A stretch of DNA of 64,000 bases, from contig JBHIAH010000005.1 in assembly GCA_046758505.1 (NCBI GenBank), forward strand, positions 6,273 to 70,272. The letters run 5' to 3'. This document shows, piece after piece, positions 27,826 through 36,946 of this stretch; within the stretch, counting starts at the first letter, position 1; each line of letters begins with the position of its first letter. Origin of the DNA: Candidatus Methylomirabilales bacterium. Its GTDB lineage: Bacteria; Methylomirabilota; Methylomirabilia; Methylomirabilales; CSP1-5. The notes under the pieces are model-generated. The model was not told where the DNA came from. It ran no database searches and worked only from the letters and a program-made list of their open reading frames with translations. The translations under genes were made by a program, and so were the position numbers.

Positions 27826-29757
27826 ATGGAGGTCGTCGGGGCGCAGAGCCTCACAAAGCACTTCAAGGCGACGCCCGCCGTGGTCGATGTCAACCTCGCC
27901 GTGGAGCAGGGAGAGATCTTCGGCGTCATCGGCCCAAATGGCGCCGGCAAGACAACCCTGATCCAGCTTCTCACCGGACTCTTGGATCCCACGGCCGGCC
28001 GCACAACGGTCTTCGGGTTCGATACAGCCCGTGAGGTTGAAGCAATCAGGCAACGGATCGGCTACGTCTCACAAGACTTCACCCTCTACGGCAGCCTCAC
28101 CGTTGAGGAAAACCTGGATTTCTTCGCCGACCTCTACGGCGTGCCGGCCGAGGCTCGAGAGCAACGCAAGGAGGAGTTGCTGGCCTGGAGTCGCCTGGCC
28201 CCCTTCCGCACGCGGCGGGCCGAGCGACTCTCCGGGGGGATGCAGAAGAAGCTTCACCTCTGCAGTACCCTGATCCACGAGCCCGAGATCCTCCTTCTGG
28301 ACGAGCCCACCACCGGCGTGGACCCCCTCTCCCGCCGAGAGCTGTGGGAAATCCTCTACGAGTTGGTCGGGCGTGGTCTCACACTCGTCGTGGCGACGCC
28401 GTACATGGACGAGGCGGAACGGTGCCACCGGGTGGCCCTCATGCACCGGGGGCGGATCATCCGGTGCGACACGCCCGACACACTCAGGAAAGAGATCGAC
28501 GAGGAAGCGTGGGAGCTGCGGGCAGGGGCCTTAACGGGCGGGCAAGAGCTCCTCGAGAAGGCCGAGTTCCCCATCCGGACACATCGCATCGGAGACCATC
28601 TCCATATTCTGACCCCCAAGGGGCGTGACCTGGCCGGCGAGCTCCGGCGTTTATCGGAGGGGGGCGAGGTCGATGACCTGGGCCTGCGGCGGGTCTCTCT
28701 GACGATGGAGGACGTCTTCGTGTCCGTCGTCAGCAAGGCCGCGACCGCGGAGAGCTCCCCCAGGAGTCCCGGCGAGGTACCGCGCAGCCACTCCGTGGAG
28801 AGCACCGATGGGGTCGTCGTGCACTTGAATGGGCTCACCAAGGCATTCGGGGCCTTCACCGCCGTCGATCATGTCTCCCTGTCGGTGAACCGCGGCGAGG
28901 TGTTCGGGTTCCTTGGGCCCAACGGGTCGGGCAAGACGACGACCATCCGGATGCTTTGTGGCTTGCTCGCCCCATCCGCGGGGCGCGGCGAGGTGCTAAG
29001 CCACGATGTCCTCCGCCAAGGCCACCACATCAAGCCCCGGATCGGGTACGTGTCCCAGCACTTTTCGCTATACAACGATCTGTCAGTGGAAGAAAATCTC
29101 GCCTTTTTTGGAGGAGGCTATGGGCTTCCACCCCGCCGCCTCGCCGAGCGGACGGCGTGGGTCCTGGAGATGGCTGGTCTCAGGGGGAAAGAGCGGCGAC
29201 TGGCCGGGGAGCTGTCGGGAGGCATCAAGCAGCGCCTGGCTCTGGGGTGTGCCATCCTCCACGATCCGGAAATCCTCTTCTTGGATGAACCGACGGCGGG
29301 GGTGGACCCCCTTTCGCGACGCGAATTCTGGGACCTGATTCGGAGCCTGGCCGCGGCGGGGGTCACGGTGTTCGTAACCACTCACTACATGGACGAGGCT
29401 GAGAACTGTCACCGCCTGGCGTTCATTTACCACGGGCGCCTGATCGCCGTGGGGAGTCCCCAGGCCCTCAAGGATCGCATGCGGGCTGGCGTGATCCTGG
29501 AGCTGGAGTGCCGCGACCCCTTCGCGGCGCTCCGCCTCCTCCGCACACAGCCTACCCTGAGCCGGGCGAGCTTCTTCGGCCGCCGAATCCACATCCTAGC
29601 GGAAGACGCCGGTCTGGCCGAGCCCTTAATCCGGGAGACCCTAATGGCGGGGGGGCTCGCAGTCGATCACCTGGAGATGATCCCCTTCTCCCTAGAGGAT
29701 CTCTTCGTCATCTTCATCGAGATGGAAGAGCAGGGCGGGAAGGAAGCCGATGCATAG
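27826..29757 (+). CDS. ABC transporter ATP-binding protein with duplicated NBD (YbhF-like)
   Basis: GPNGAGKT and GPNGSGKT; LSGG; LDEPT twice. Confidence 0.92.
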   Translation: MEVVGAQSLTKHFKATPAVVDVNLAVEQGEIFGVIGPNGAGKTTLIQLLTGLLDPTAGRTTVFGFDTAREVEAIRQRIGYVSQDFTLYGSLTVEENLDFFADLYGVPAEAREQRKEELLAWSRLAPFRTRRAERLSGGMQKKLHLCSTLIHEPEILLLDEPTTGVDPLSRRELWEILYELVGRGLTLVVATPYMDEAERCHRVALMHRGRIIRCDTPDTLRKEIDEEAWELRAGALTGGQELLEKAEFPIRTHRIGDHLHILTPKGRDLAGELRRLSEGGEVDDLGLRRVSLTMEDVFVSVVSKAATAESSPRSPGEVPRSHSVESTDGVVVHLNGLTKAFGAFTAVDHVSLSVNRGEVFGFLGPNGSGKTTTIRMLCGLLAPSAGRGEVLSHDVLRQGHHIKPRIGYVSQHFSLYNDLSVEENLAFFGGGYGLPPRRLAERTAWVLEMAGLRGKERRLAGELSGGIKQRLALGCAILHDPEILFLDEPTAGVDPLSRREFWDLIRSLAAAGVTVFVTTHYMDEAENCHRLAFIYHGRLIAVGSPQALKDRMRAGVILELECRDPFAALRLLRTQPTLSRASFFGRRIHILAEDAGLAEPLIRETLMAGGLAVDHLEMIPFSLEDLFVIFIEMEEQGGKEADA

Positions 29758-30883
29758 CCGGATCGTGGCCGTCGCAAAGAAAGAGACCTGGGAGATCATG
29801 CGGGACCCGATCACACTCGGTATTGCTATTGTTCTCCCTCTCGTCATGATGTTCCTCTTTGCCTATGCCATTACCCTGGACGTTAAAGAGATTCCTCTGG
29901 CGGTCTTGGACTTGGATCGAAGCGCTGAGAGTCGGGAATACGTAGCTGGCTTCCTCGAGTCGGGCTACTTCAGGCTCCGGGCCGCGGCCCAGAATCTTGA
30001 GGAGATCGATCGCCTCCTCGATCGGGGGACGGCCCGGATGGCTCTCATCATTCCTCCAGATTTTTCCAAGCGCCTTGGGCAGGGGCTTCCATCGGAAGTC
30101 CAGACGCTGGTGGACGGCTCCTTCTCCAACACGGCCATCGTGGCCTTGAACTACGTTGCGGCCATCGACGAGACCTACAACGCGCGCATTCAATCTCACT
30201 ATTTCGCCCAACGCTTCAGGGCTCTTGAGAAAGGGCCCGCCGTAAAGGCCGAGCCCCGCGTCCGGTACAATCCCGATCTTCAAAGCGCCAACTACATCAT
30301 TCCGGGCCTCTTTGCCGTTATCCTCATGGCCTTCCCGCCGATGCTCACGGCGTTAGCGGTGGTCCGGGAGAAAGAGCGAGGCTCCATCCAGCAGATCTTC
30401 ACCTCCCCGGTGAAATCGTGGGAGTTCATCGGGGGGAAGATGCTCCCGTACGCCGGGATCGCCTTTCTGGAGATGGTGCTCCTTTTGGGTGTGGGGCTCC
30501 TCTGGTTCCGGGTCCCCGTCCGGGGAAGCCTTTGGCTGCTGCTCCTTCTTTCCATCCTCTATGTAATGTGCACAGTAGGGATCGGCCTTCTGGTCTCGAC
30601 CATCACAAGGAGCCAGGTGGTGGCCGTCCTGTTGGCCATCGTCCTGACGCTGATGCCCGCCTTCCTCTTCTCCGGGTTCCTCTGGCCCATTGCCAGCATG
30701 CCGGCCTTTTTCCAGTCTTTAACTTACCTCTTCCCCGCCCGCTACTTCAACGAGATCGCGCGGGGTATCGCCCTCAAGGGGATCGGGCTTACGTACCTGT
30801 GGTTCAATGCTATCCTCCTCCTCCTCTATGCTTTGGCCGTGCTGGCTTTTGCATCCCTAGGATTCAAGAAGAAGATCGGGTGA
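29750..30883 (+). CDS. ABC-2 permease (YbhS-like)
   Basis: LFAYAITLDV, YNPDL, REKERGSI, SGF..PI..MP. Confidence 0.9.
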   Translation: MHSRIVAVAKKETWEIMRDPITLGIAIVLPLVMMFLFAYAITLDVKEIPLAVLDLDRSAESREYVAGFLESGYFRLRAAAQNLEEIDRLLDRGTARMALIIPPDFSKRLGQGLPSEVQTLVDGSFSNTAIVALNYVAAIDETYNARIQSHYFAQRFRALEKGPAVKAEPRVRYNPDLQSANYIIPGLFAVILMAFPPMLTALAVVREKERGSIQQIFTSPVKSWEFIGGKMLPYAGIAFLEMVLLLGVGLLWFRVPVRGSLWLLLLLSILYVMCTVGIGLLVSTITRSQVVAVLLAIVLTLMPAFLFSGFLWPIASMPAFFQSLTYLFPARYFNEIARGIALKGIGLTYLWFNAILLLLYALAVLAFASLGFKKKIG

Positions 30884-30886
30884 GGC

Positions 30887-32011
30887 ATGACAAGGCTTTT
30901 AGCCCTCATCAAAAAAGAGTTCATCCAGTTCTTCCGTTACCGGCCCCTCGTTATCCTCGTCGTCTGGACCATCGCGATAGAGATCGCCCTCTGTGCCTAT
31001 GCCATCACCTACGATGTGACGCACCTCTCGCTGGCGGTGCACGACCTGGACGGCTCTTTCGAAAGCCGGGAGCTGATCAGCCGGTTCGCGCAGACGGAAT
31101 ATTTTGATGTGAAATACCAAGTCCGGAGGAGGGAGGAGATTGAGGGCCTCTTGGAGGTGGGGCGGGCCGATCTTGGCGTGATCATCGGTCCCGATTTCTC
31201 GCGCCGGCTGGGACAAGGGCTTCAGGCACCCGTCCAGCTCCTCCTGGACGGCTCCAATTCCAACACGGCCCTGATCGCCTTGGGCTACGCCCAGAGGATC
31301 GTTCATGGCTACTCCCGCCAGATCGAATACGCCCGGGTCCACAGCGCGATTGGACATCCCGGGCCCCTGCCCGGCATTCGAAACCAGCGGCGGGCCTGGT
31401 ACAATCCGGACCTCAAAAGTGTCCACTTCATCGTCATCTCGATGCTGGTCCTGGGGGTGATGATGATCGCTACCATCCACCCGGCCGCCGCCGTGGCCTG
31501 GGAAAAGGAAGCAGGGACCATCGAGCAGCTTCTGGTCATGCCCTTTCGACGCTGGGAGCTGATGGTGGCAAAAGTCACCCCAACGTTTGTGGTGAGCCTG
31601 GCGACCTTGGCCCTCGCCCTATGGCTCCCCTGGTGGTTCAGAGTACCTATCCGGGGGAGCCTCCCCCTCTTCTTCGCGCTCTCCGCTCTCTTCCTCTTCA
31701 GCAGCATGGGCTGGGGGCTCTTCTTGGGAACGGTCGCCGAGAACCTCCAGCAGGCGCTTCTTCTCGCCTTCTTTTCCATCTTTCCCATCATGGTCATCTC
31801 AGGCACCATGGTACCGGTGGAGAGCATGCCAAAATCCATACAGCTCCTCTCCTACCTCAGCCCACTCACCTACTATACGGAGATCGGTCTCGCAATCTTT
31901 CTCAAAGGGGTCGGGATCGAGGTGCTCTGGCCTCAGGCCCTATCTATGGGAATTCTCGGTCTTGGCATCTTTGCCATGGGTCTCTGGCGATTCGGGCGGC
32001 ACCTCGGGTGA
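30887..32011 (+). CDS. ABC-2 permease (YbhR-like)
   Basis: KKEFIQ, LDGSNSN, WYNPDL, EKEAGTIEQL. Confidence 0.9.
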   Translation: MTRLLALIKKEFIQFFRYRPLVILVVWTIAIEIALCAYAITYDVTHLSLAVHDLDGSFESRELISRFAQTEYFDVKYQVRRREEIEGLLEVGRADLGVIIGPDFSRRLGQGLQAPVQLLLDGSNSNTALIALGYAQRIVHGYSRQIEYARVHSAIGHPGPLPGIRNQRRAWYNPDLKSVHFIVISMLVLGVMMIATIHPAAAVAWEKEAGTIEQLLVMPFRRWELMVAKVTPTFVVSLATLALALWLPWWFRVPIRGSLPLFFALSALFLFSSMGWGLFLGTVAENLQQALLLAFFSIFPIMVISGTMVPVESMPKSIQLLSYLSPLTYYTEIGLAIFLKGVGIEVLWPQALSMGILGLGIFAMGLWRFGRHLG

Positions 32012-32221
32012 CCGGCACGAGACGAGAGCATTGCACTCGAATAGGCTCACCAGGAGAGCGCGATACTTTCGGGCGCAAAGTAGGAACAGAAGATCTGCTG
32101 CGGCCCCCGGGGATTTTCTCTTGCGTCTCCGTTGAGAGACCGGTTAAGCTAAATAAGCAAGTGTTTGCCGTTAGCGCAGGACGGCTTGCACTTGTCTTCT
32201 TTTATCGAGGGAGCGCAAGGC

Positions 32222-32923
32222 ATGAATCGAGTCTTCCTCTTTTTCCTGCTGAGTTGGTTCCTGCACAACCCCCTCTTGGCCCTCATCATTATCGTCGCAC
32301 TCTCCCTGCCGGGGTACCTCTATACCACGGGATGGATGTTGCGTTTGCTCCGTCGCTTTCGCCATTGGCAGGAGGTCCAGGGACTGCGGCAGACCGTGGC
32401 GGTCAACCCCCACAATGTAACCGCGCAAACTGACCTCGGCCGGGCGTTGGCCCTGGCGGGAAGACCCCAGGAGGCGCTCGAGCACCTCCGGGCCGCCGAA
32501 CCGCGCTCCGCCGATTCGGCCGAGACCCTCTACTTCCTGGGCTACAGCCTGCTCGCACTCGGGGATTGGGAACAGGGGAACGACTACGTCCAGCGGGCCC
32601 TCGAGGTCGATCCGAAATTCCGGTACGGTGAACCGCACCTCCGGCTGGGAGACTACCATTTCGACCGAAAGCGGTTTGCCAAGGCCCTCCCCCACTACGA
32701 GCGCTTCCGATCCATCCACACCTCCAGCGCCGAAGGCCTCTACAAGTTGGCCCGTTGCTACCAGGAGGTGGGTCGATTTCCGGACGCCCGGGAGGCCCTC
32801 GCGGCCGCCGTCGAGGCGTTCCGGACCGGCCCCCGGTATAAACGCCGCGAGGATCGACCCTGGTTTCGCCGGGCGAGGCGCCTCCTCCGACACCTTCCGA
32901 GGGAGGGGCGTTCGGAATCGTGA
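32222..32923 (+). CDS. Membrane-anchored tetratricopeptide-repeat protein
   Basis: N-terminal TMs followed by TPR-type helices (LGRAL..GR..EA, YFLG, ALEVDP). Confidence 0.75.
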   Translation: MNRVFLFFLLSWFLHNPLLALIIIVALSLPGYLYTTGWMLRLLRRFRHWQEVQGLRQTVAVNPHNVTAQTDLGRALALAGRPQEALEHLRAAEPRSADSAETLYFLGYSLLALGDWEQGNDYVQRALEVDPKFRYGEPHLRLGDYHFDRKRFAKALPHYERFRSIHTSSAEGLYKLARCYQEVGRFPDAREALAAAVEAFRTGPRYKRREDRPWFRRARRLLRHLPREGRSES

Positions 32924-33450
32924 TGGTCTTTGCTTATTACAACCGCTTGACGCGCGCCCAACAGCGGATCTACCAGCAGAGCGACAAGGTCACCACTATT
33001 CCCCTGCCCCAGGCCAGACGACTGCACCCGCTGGTCAAGGAACTTGCAGAGGCGCTTGAACGTGAGGACCGTCGAAAGACCGAGGCCGCTTCCCAAGAGC
33101 TCGTCTCCGCCCTCACGGCCAGGCTCAAGGCCACTCCAGTCCACGTCGAAGTGCTCGCGACGCGCCCCTCCCGGAGTTGGGGCGAACTCCATGGCCTCTA
33201 CACCCCGGCCGAAGGCCAGAAGCCCGCTCGAGTGACGGTCTGGATGCGGACGGCCCAGCGCCGTCGCGTGGTGGCCTTCCGGACCTTCCTGCGCACCCTC
33301 CTCCACGAAGTCTGCCACCACCTCGACTACGAGCTACTCGGCCTCCAGGAGACTTTCCATACGGAGGGCTTCTATCGGCGGGAATCCAGCCTCTTCCACC
33401 AACTCGTTCCCAACCGCCCTCAGGAGGACTCCCCCACTACAGAGAGCTAA
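32920..33450 (+). CDS. Hypothetical zincin-like protein (HExxH)
   Basis: TLLHEVCHHLD...HTEGFY; GTGA overlap with the TPR gene. Confidence 0.7.
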   Translation: MMVFAYYNRLTRAQQRIYQQSDKVTTIPLPQARRLHPLVKELAEALEREDRRKTEAASQELVSALTARLKATPVHVEVLATRPSRSWGELHGLYTPAEGQKPARVTVWMRTAQRRRVVAFRTFLRTLLHEVCHHLDYELLGLQETFHTEGFYRRESSLFHQLVPNRPQEDSPTTES

Positions 33451-33528
33451 TCTGGCACGTCCCCACAGGGCAGGAATAGGCTGACAACTGCTGCAGTCTT
33501 TTTCGGCCACGCGGGACAGCAGAAAACG

Positions 33529-33557
33529 TTGACAAGCCCTTGGAAAGGTTAGAGAAT
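33529..33557 (+). promoter_or_regulatory. Sigma70-type promoter upstream of hicAB and the cassette array
   Basis: TTGACA-N17-GAGAAT. Confidence 0.5.
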
Positions 33558-33644
33558 TTCGCCAACGGCCGGCAGTTCGGCCGGTCGAGATAGGCTGACC
33601 AACCTACTCAATAGTTATGCGACTGGGCTGCAAGAGAATTTCCC

Positions 33645-33842
33645 GTGCCGCCAAAGATACGAGAACTCATAGCCGAACTCGAGAGAGCCGGCTTTGTTGA
33701 TCGCGGCGGCAAAGGTAGCCACAGGAACTTTGTTCATCCCAACGTGGCCAGACCCGTAACCATATCGGGTAGTCCGGGTGACGATGCGAAGCATTATCAA
33801 GTTCGGGCCGTCCGGCTCGCTATTGAGGAGTCAAAGAAATGA
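33645..33842 (+). CDS. hicA: HicA toxin (type II toxin-antitoxin)
   Basis: LERAGF...GKGSHRNFVHP; 65 aa. Confidence 0.9.
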   Translation: MPPKIRELIAELERAGFVDRGGKGSHRNFVHPNVARPVTISGSPGDDAKHYQVRAVRLAIEESKK

Positions 33843-34078
33843 AGGACAGCGCTAGATACGTCAAAATCGTCGAGTGGTCTGAGGAGGATCAGTGCTACGT
33901 CGGCAGTTCCCCTGGGTTGATCTACGGAGGTTGCCACGGTGATGACGAAAAAGCCGTGTTTGACGAACTGTGCCGGATCGTGGAGGAAGCGATCGCGCTC
34001 TACAAGGCCGATGGGAACCCATTGCCTCCCCCTACCTCCGGAAAGGATTTTGCCAACAAGATGCAGCACGTCGCATAA
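33839..34078 (+). CDS. hicB: HicB antitoxin (short form)
   Basis: EWSEEDQCYVG..PGL...CHG; PLPPP; ATGA overlap with hicA. Confidence 0.88.
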   Translation: MKDSARYVKIVEWSEEDQCYVGSSPGLIYGGCHGDDEKAVFDELCRIVEEAIALYKADGNPLPPPTSGKDFANKMQHVA

Positions 34079-34407
34079 ACCCCTATGAGGTCCCTGAAGT
34101 GCAGCGTTAACTCGCACAGCCGCACAGGAGGTCGGTGTCAGGCTTTCCTAATGTGGGATGATCCGGTGTAACGCAGTAAGCTGGCTGAAGAGTCGGCCAC
34201 ATGGTCACAGCGAGTGCTGGAAATGTCCGGTCTCTTAAGCACGTAGCATCCAACATGGGCTTAAGGTTGCCCGGCCACGTTAGCGGGATGTGGTGCCGCG
34301 TCAGACCGCCCGAGAGGTCGATTCTTCCGCAACGGTCGGGTGCGAAACGGTGTCTGACACCTTTTCCCTCATAGTTAGGGGGACCGGTGTAACACGGGCG
34401 TGTTTCG

Positions 34408-34761
34408 ATGAATTTTCCAATTGACGTAACGCCTTATGTGATGGTTTATGCAGCGGTGGTTTTTCTTTGCCCTTGGCTCATTCTTGCGTCATACCTCCTT
34501 CGAGAGTTACGAGTGTTACGAAAGCATGGGTTGCTTGGCTTGACGACTAACGCGGAGGTATGGAACGAAATTCAAAGTTTTAGAAAGACAAACCCGGAAT
34601 CAAAGTATCTGTACGGTAAAGTCAAACAGTGGATGAAAATCACTTTGACTTTCTGGGTTACTGGTTTTGTAATTCTCTGTGCCGCTCTTTATCTTTTGGA
34701 CGCTAACGATCTGCTCATCAACCATAGCAAAGGAATTTACGGTCGTGACGAATGTAAGTAG
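34408..34761 (+). CDS. Hypothetical low-GC membrane protein (cassette-borne)
   Basis: Visibly AT-richer than its flanks; two TM segments; bounded by core-site-like motifs. Confidence 0.65.
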   Translation: MNFPIDVTPYVMVYAAVVFLCPWLILASYLLRELRVLRKHGLLGLTTNAEVWNEIQSFRKTNPESKYLYGKVKQWMKITLTFWVTGFVILCAALYLLDANDLLINHSKGIYGRDECK

Positions 34762-34764
34762 CTC

Positions 34765-34843
34765 ACCTAACCCCCGGCTTTAGCCAGACCTTCACCCCGC
34801 CGCTTGATAGGCGGGACTCGGCTGCGCAGCCTGAACGCTAGGC
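34765..34843 (+). mobile_element. attC-like recombination site (degenerate)
   Basis: ACCTAAC 3 nt after the stop; GGCT/AGCC arms; CCCGCC/GGCGGG inner stem; GCTAGGC end (GTT to GCT). Confidence 0.55.
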
Positions 34844-34872
34844 CGCGAAACCCTTACTCTCGTGCACGATCT

Positions 34873-35115
34873 ATGCCTCCACTTGATCCGAATTGCTTCT
34901 ATTCCTCACTAGCGCAGTCTGCGGCCGCGATCGTTGGTCTTATGGGTGGTATCTTCGCTACTCGATTGGAGGATCAGATCACCACCAGCAGCGAGCAAAA
35001 GCTAAAGGCGATCCACAGGGAAGGGGTCAAATCTTTTGTTGACAATTCTCCCCTTGACCCCCCCGACCGTGCATCCAAAGCACAGAGTACCTCTCGGCCC
35101 TCGGAAGGGTCATAG
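34873..35115 (+). pseudogene. Probable truncated cassette ORF
   Basis: Starts 30 nt after the attC-like site; hydrophobic N-terminus, then runs into a GGGGTCAA/TTGACCCC palindrome. Confidence 0.35.
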
Positions 35116-35147
35116 CGGTTGCAGCGCATTAGCCGCGTGAGTAGGCC

Positions 35148-35576
35148 TCAAGCTCTCTTTGGTTGAGCCGAACTCTGGCGGGACGGGCCGTAGAAGATCA
35201 GGACATGGCCGTCGGGGTCACGGACCGAGAACTCCCGGTCCCCCCATGGATAATCTGCCGGTTCACGGAGGATAGGGACTCCCCGGTCCCTGAGGCTCTC
35301 GCACCACCGATCCACGTCCGGGACCGCGAAAGCCACGAGCACCGACACGCCTGATTCTGTGCTCGGGGCCACCAGGTCAACGGCGACCGGCAGGTCGGGA
35401 CCCGCAGCACACGCACGCTGCAGGGCCAACTTGGTTCCGCCTACCTGAAACAGCGCGTACTCCTCCCCTTGTGAGAACCTCAAGCGAAGCCCCAGGGTCT
35501 CCTGATAAAACCGGACCGCCTGAGGCATGTCCCCCACGATCAAGGCGACGAAGTCGCATCGCTCTATACCGTCCAT
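35148..35576 (-). CDS. VOC/glyoxalase-family protein
   Basis: AVRFYQETLG, FAVPDVD, PWGDREFSVRDPDG. Confidence 0.88.
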   Translation of the reverse strand: MDGIERCDFVALIVGDMPQAVRFYQETLGLRLRFSQGEEYALFQVGGTKLALQRACAAGPDLPVAVDLVAPSTESGVSVLVAFAVPDVDRWCESLRDRGVPILREPADYPWGDREFSVRDPDGHVLIFYGPSRQSSAQPKRA

Positions 35577-35745
35577 GGCCCTCTCTCTCTCGGCCTCTGA
35601 TGCTCAGCTGTTGGCCCTCGACTCCTCGTAGCCTTGATCCACCGGCACCCAGCGCCTCCCTTAGCGGTAAGCCGACAACCGCACGGAAAACTTGTGAGGA
35701 TTTCAAAGCCCAATCCATTCGAACGGGGGCGGAAGCGCCCGGTAC

Positions 35746-35958
35746 TTACGATGGGCGGAGCAAGAGATGCTTCGGTGATTGGCCCGCGGCTGTCCGATCA
35801 GTCTTGGAGCCCAAGGAGCTCCCACAGCCCTGACAGAGGTAATCGTATAACTCGCCATCAGGAAGGATCAGGAGCAGACGCTGCCGTACGGGCATCGCTC
35901 GGTGACATTTTTCGCAGTAAAGAACCGACGCCTGAAACTGTTCGAAGCTTTTTTCCAT
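35746..35958 (-). CDS. Small zinc-ribbon protein
   Basis: LYCEKC...YLCQGCG. Confidence 0.7.
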   Translation of the reverse strand: MEKSFEQFQASVLYCEKCHRAMPVRQRLLLILPDGELYDYLCQGCGSSLGSKTDRTAAGQSPKHLLLRPS

Positions 35959-35999
35959 GGACCCCACCGGACACGCTCAGTTTTGTTCCCGGTATCCTC

Positions 36000-36028
36000 A
36001 GTATCCCTGACAGGCTTAGGGGTGTCAA
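36000..36028 (-). promoter_or_regulatory. Sigma70-type promoter for the zinc-ribbon/VOC genes
   Basis: TTGACA-N17-GATACT on the minus strand. Confidence 0.55.
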
Positions 36029-36096
36029 GTATCCCGATACCGCGAAGCGGAATGCAAGATTCAAGACCTGACCCTCTTCGCCGGGGGTCGTGAACG

Positions 36097-36522
36097 CTAT
36101 CCGTCGGGGAGGACGTAGCTGCTGGTCGCGTGACCGATCAGCTTCTCCGGAGTATCGGCCATGGAGAGCCGGATCTCTCCGTAGACGATCCGCCGCCCGG
36201 CCTTGAGGACCTCGGCCCGGGCGAGGACATCTCCCCCAACGGCCGGCCGCAAGAAGTTGATCTTAAACTCATTGGTCACCGTCATGGGCTTGAGGCCGAC
36301 TACGCTCAAGATCGCGTAGTAAATGGCGATGTCGGCCAGTACCATCAACATCCCACCCGCGATGTATTTTCCCGGTCGCAGGTACCGTTCGTCATACTTC
36401 ATGCGGGCCACCGCGTACCCGCTCCCGATCTCCTCGCAGCTGATTCCGAATTCCTTAACGAAAGGACATTGCTCCTTGGCCAACTGCTCCAGTGCTTCCT
36501 TCGTAACCTTCCCCTCCCCCAT
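36097..36522 (-). CDS. PaaI-family hotdog thioesterase
   Basis: IAGGMLMVLAD, INFLRPA, GRRI. Confidence 0.85.
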   Translation of the reverse strand: MGEGKVTKEALEQLAKEQCPFVKEFGISCEEIGSGYAVARMKYDERYLRPGKYIAGGMLMVLADIAIYYAILSVVGLKPMTVTNEFKINFLRPAVGGDVLARAEVLKAGRRIVYGEIRLSMADTPEKLIGHATSSYVLPDG

Positions 36523-36839
36523 CGCCTTTTCTCCCTCGCCCCGTTACCGGACGCAATCTTTCCCAGGATGATGGGCACTTTCTCTGCGCCGTGGGATGAG
36601 GCGCTGGTGACACGCCTTGTACGGGAAGACCAACGAGTGGTTTGTAAGAGGATAACTTCACAGGACCCCGGGACACCCGGGGAAGCGACGGGGATATCTC
36701 ACACGGCAATCGGATGACCTCGCCTCGGCGAAGACCGGAGGAGACTAGTGAGAGGGGCACGCAGTTCACCTGCGCTGAGCGCGCATCCGCCCTGCACGCC
36801 GACAGCGACCCGGCCTGCCCGTTCGGCAGGCCCCGACCC

Positions 36840-36929
36840 TTACCGCTTTTTGTGACGCATGCTCCGGCGCAGCTTCTTGTACTTGTGCTTCCGGATCTTT
36901 TTGCGCCGCTTCTTGACGACGCTCCCCAC
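36840..36929 (-). CDS. bS22/mS38 (AURKAIP1/COX24)-like small basic ribosomal protein, 29 aa; not in the ORF track
   Basis: MGSVVKKRRKKIRKHKYKKLRRSMRHKKR*; GGAGG RBS with GTG start; GGCCTGCC/GGCAGGCC hairpin downstream. Confidence 0.85.
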   Translation of the reverse strand: MGSVVKKRRKKIRKHKYKKLRRSMRHKKR

Positions 36930-36946
36930 CGCGCCCCTCCCCCCTT

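Larger units (their letters stand above)
33614..34843 (+). mobile_element. Degenerate integron gene-cassette array without integrase (CALIN-like)
   Basis: GTTATGCGAC before hicA is complementary to GTCGCATAA at the hicB stop; GTTAGGG before the 34408 ORF and ACCTAAC after its stop; attC-like stem at 34765-34843. Confidence 0.6.
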
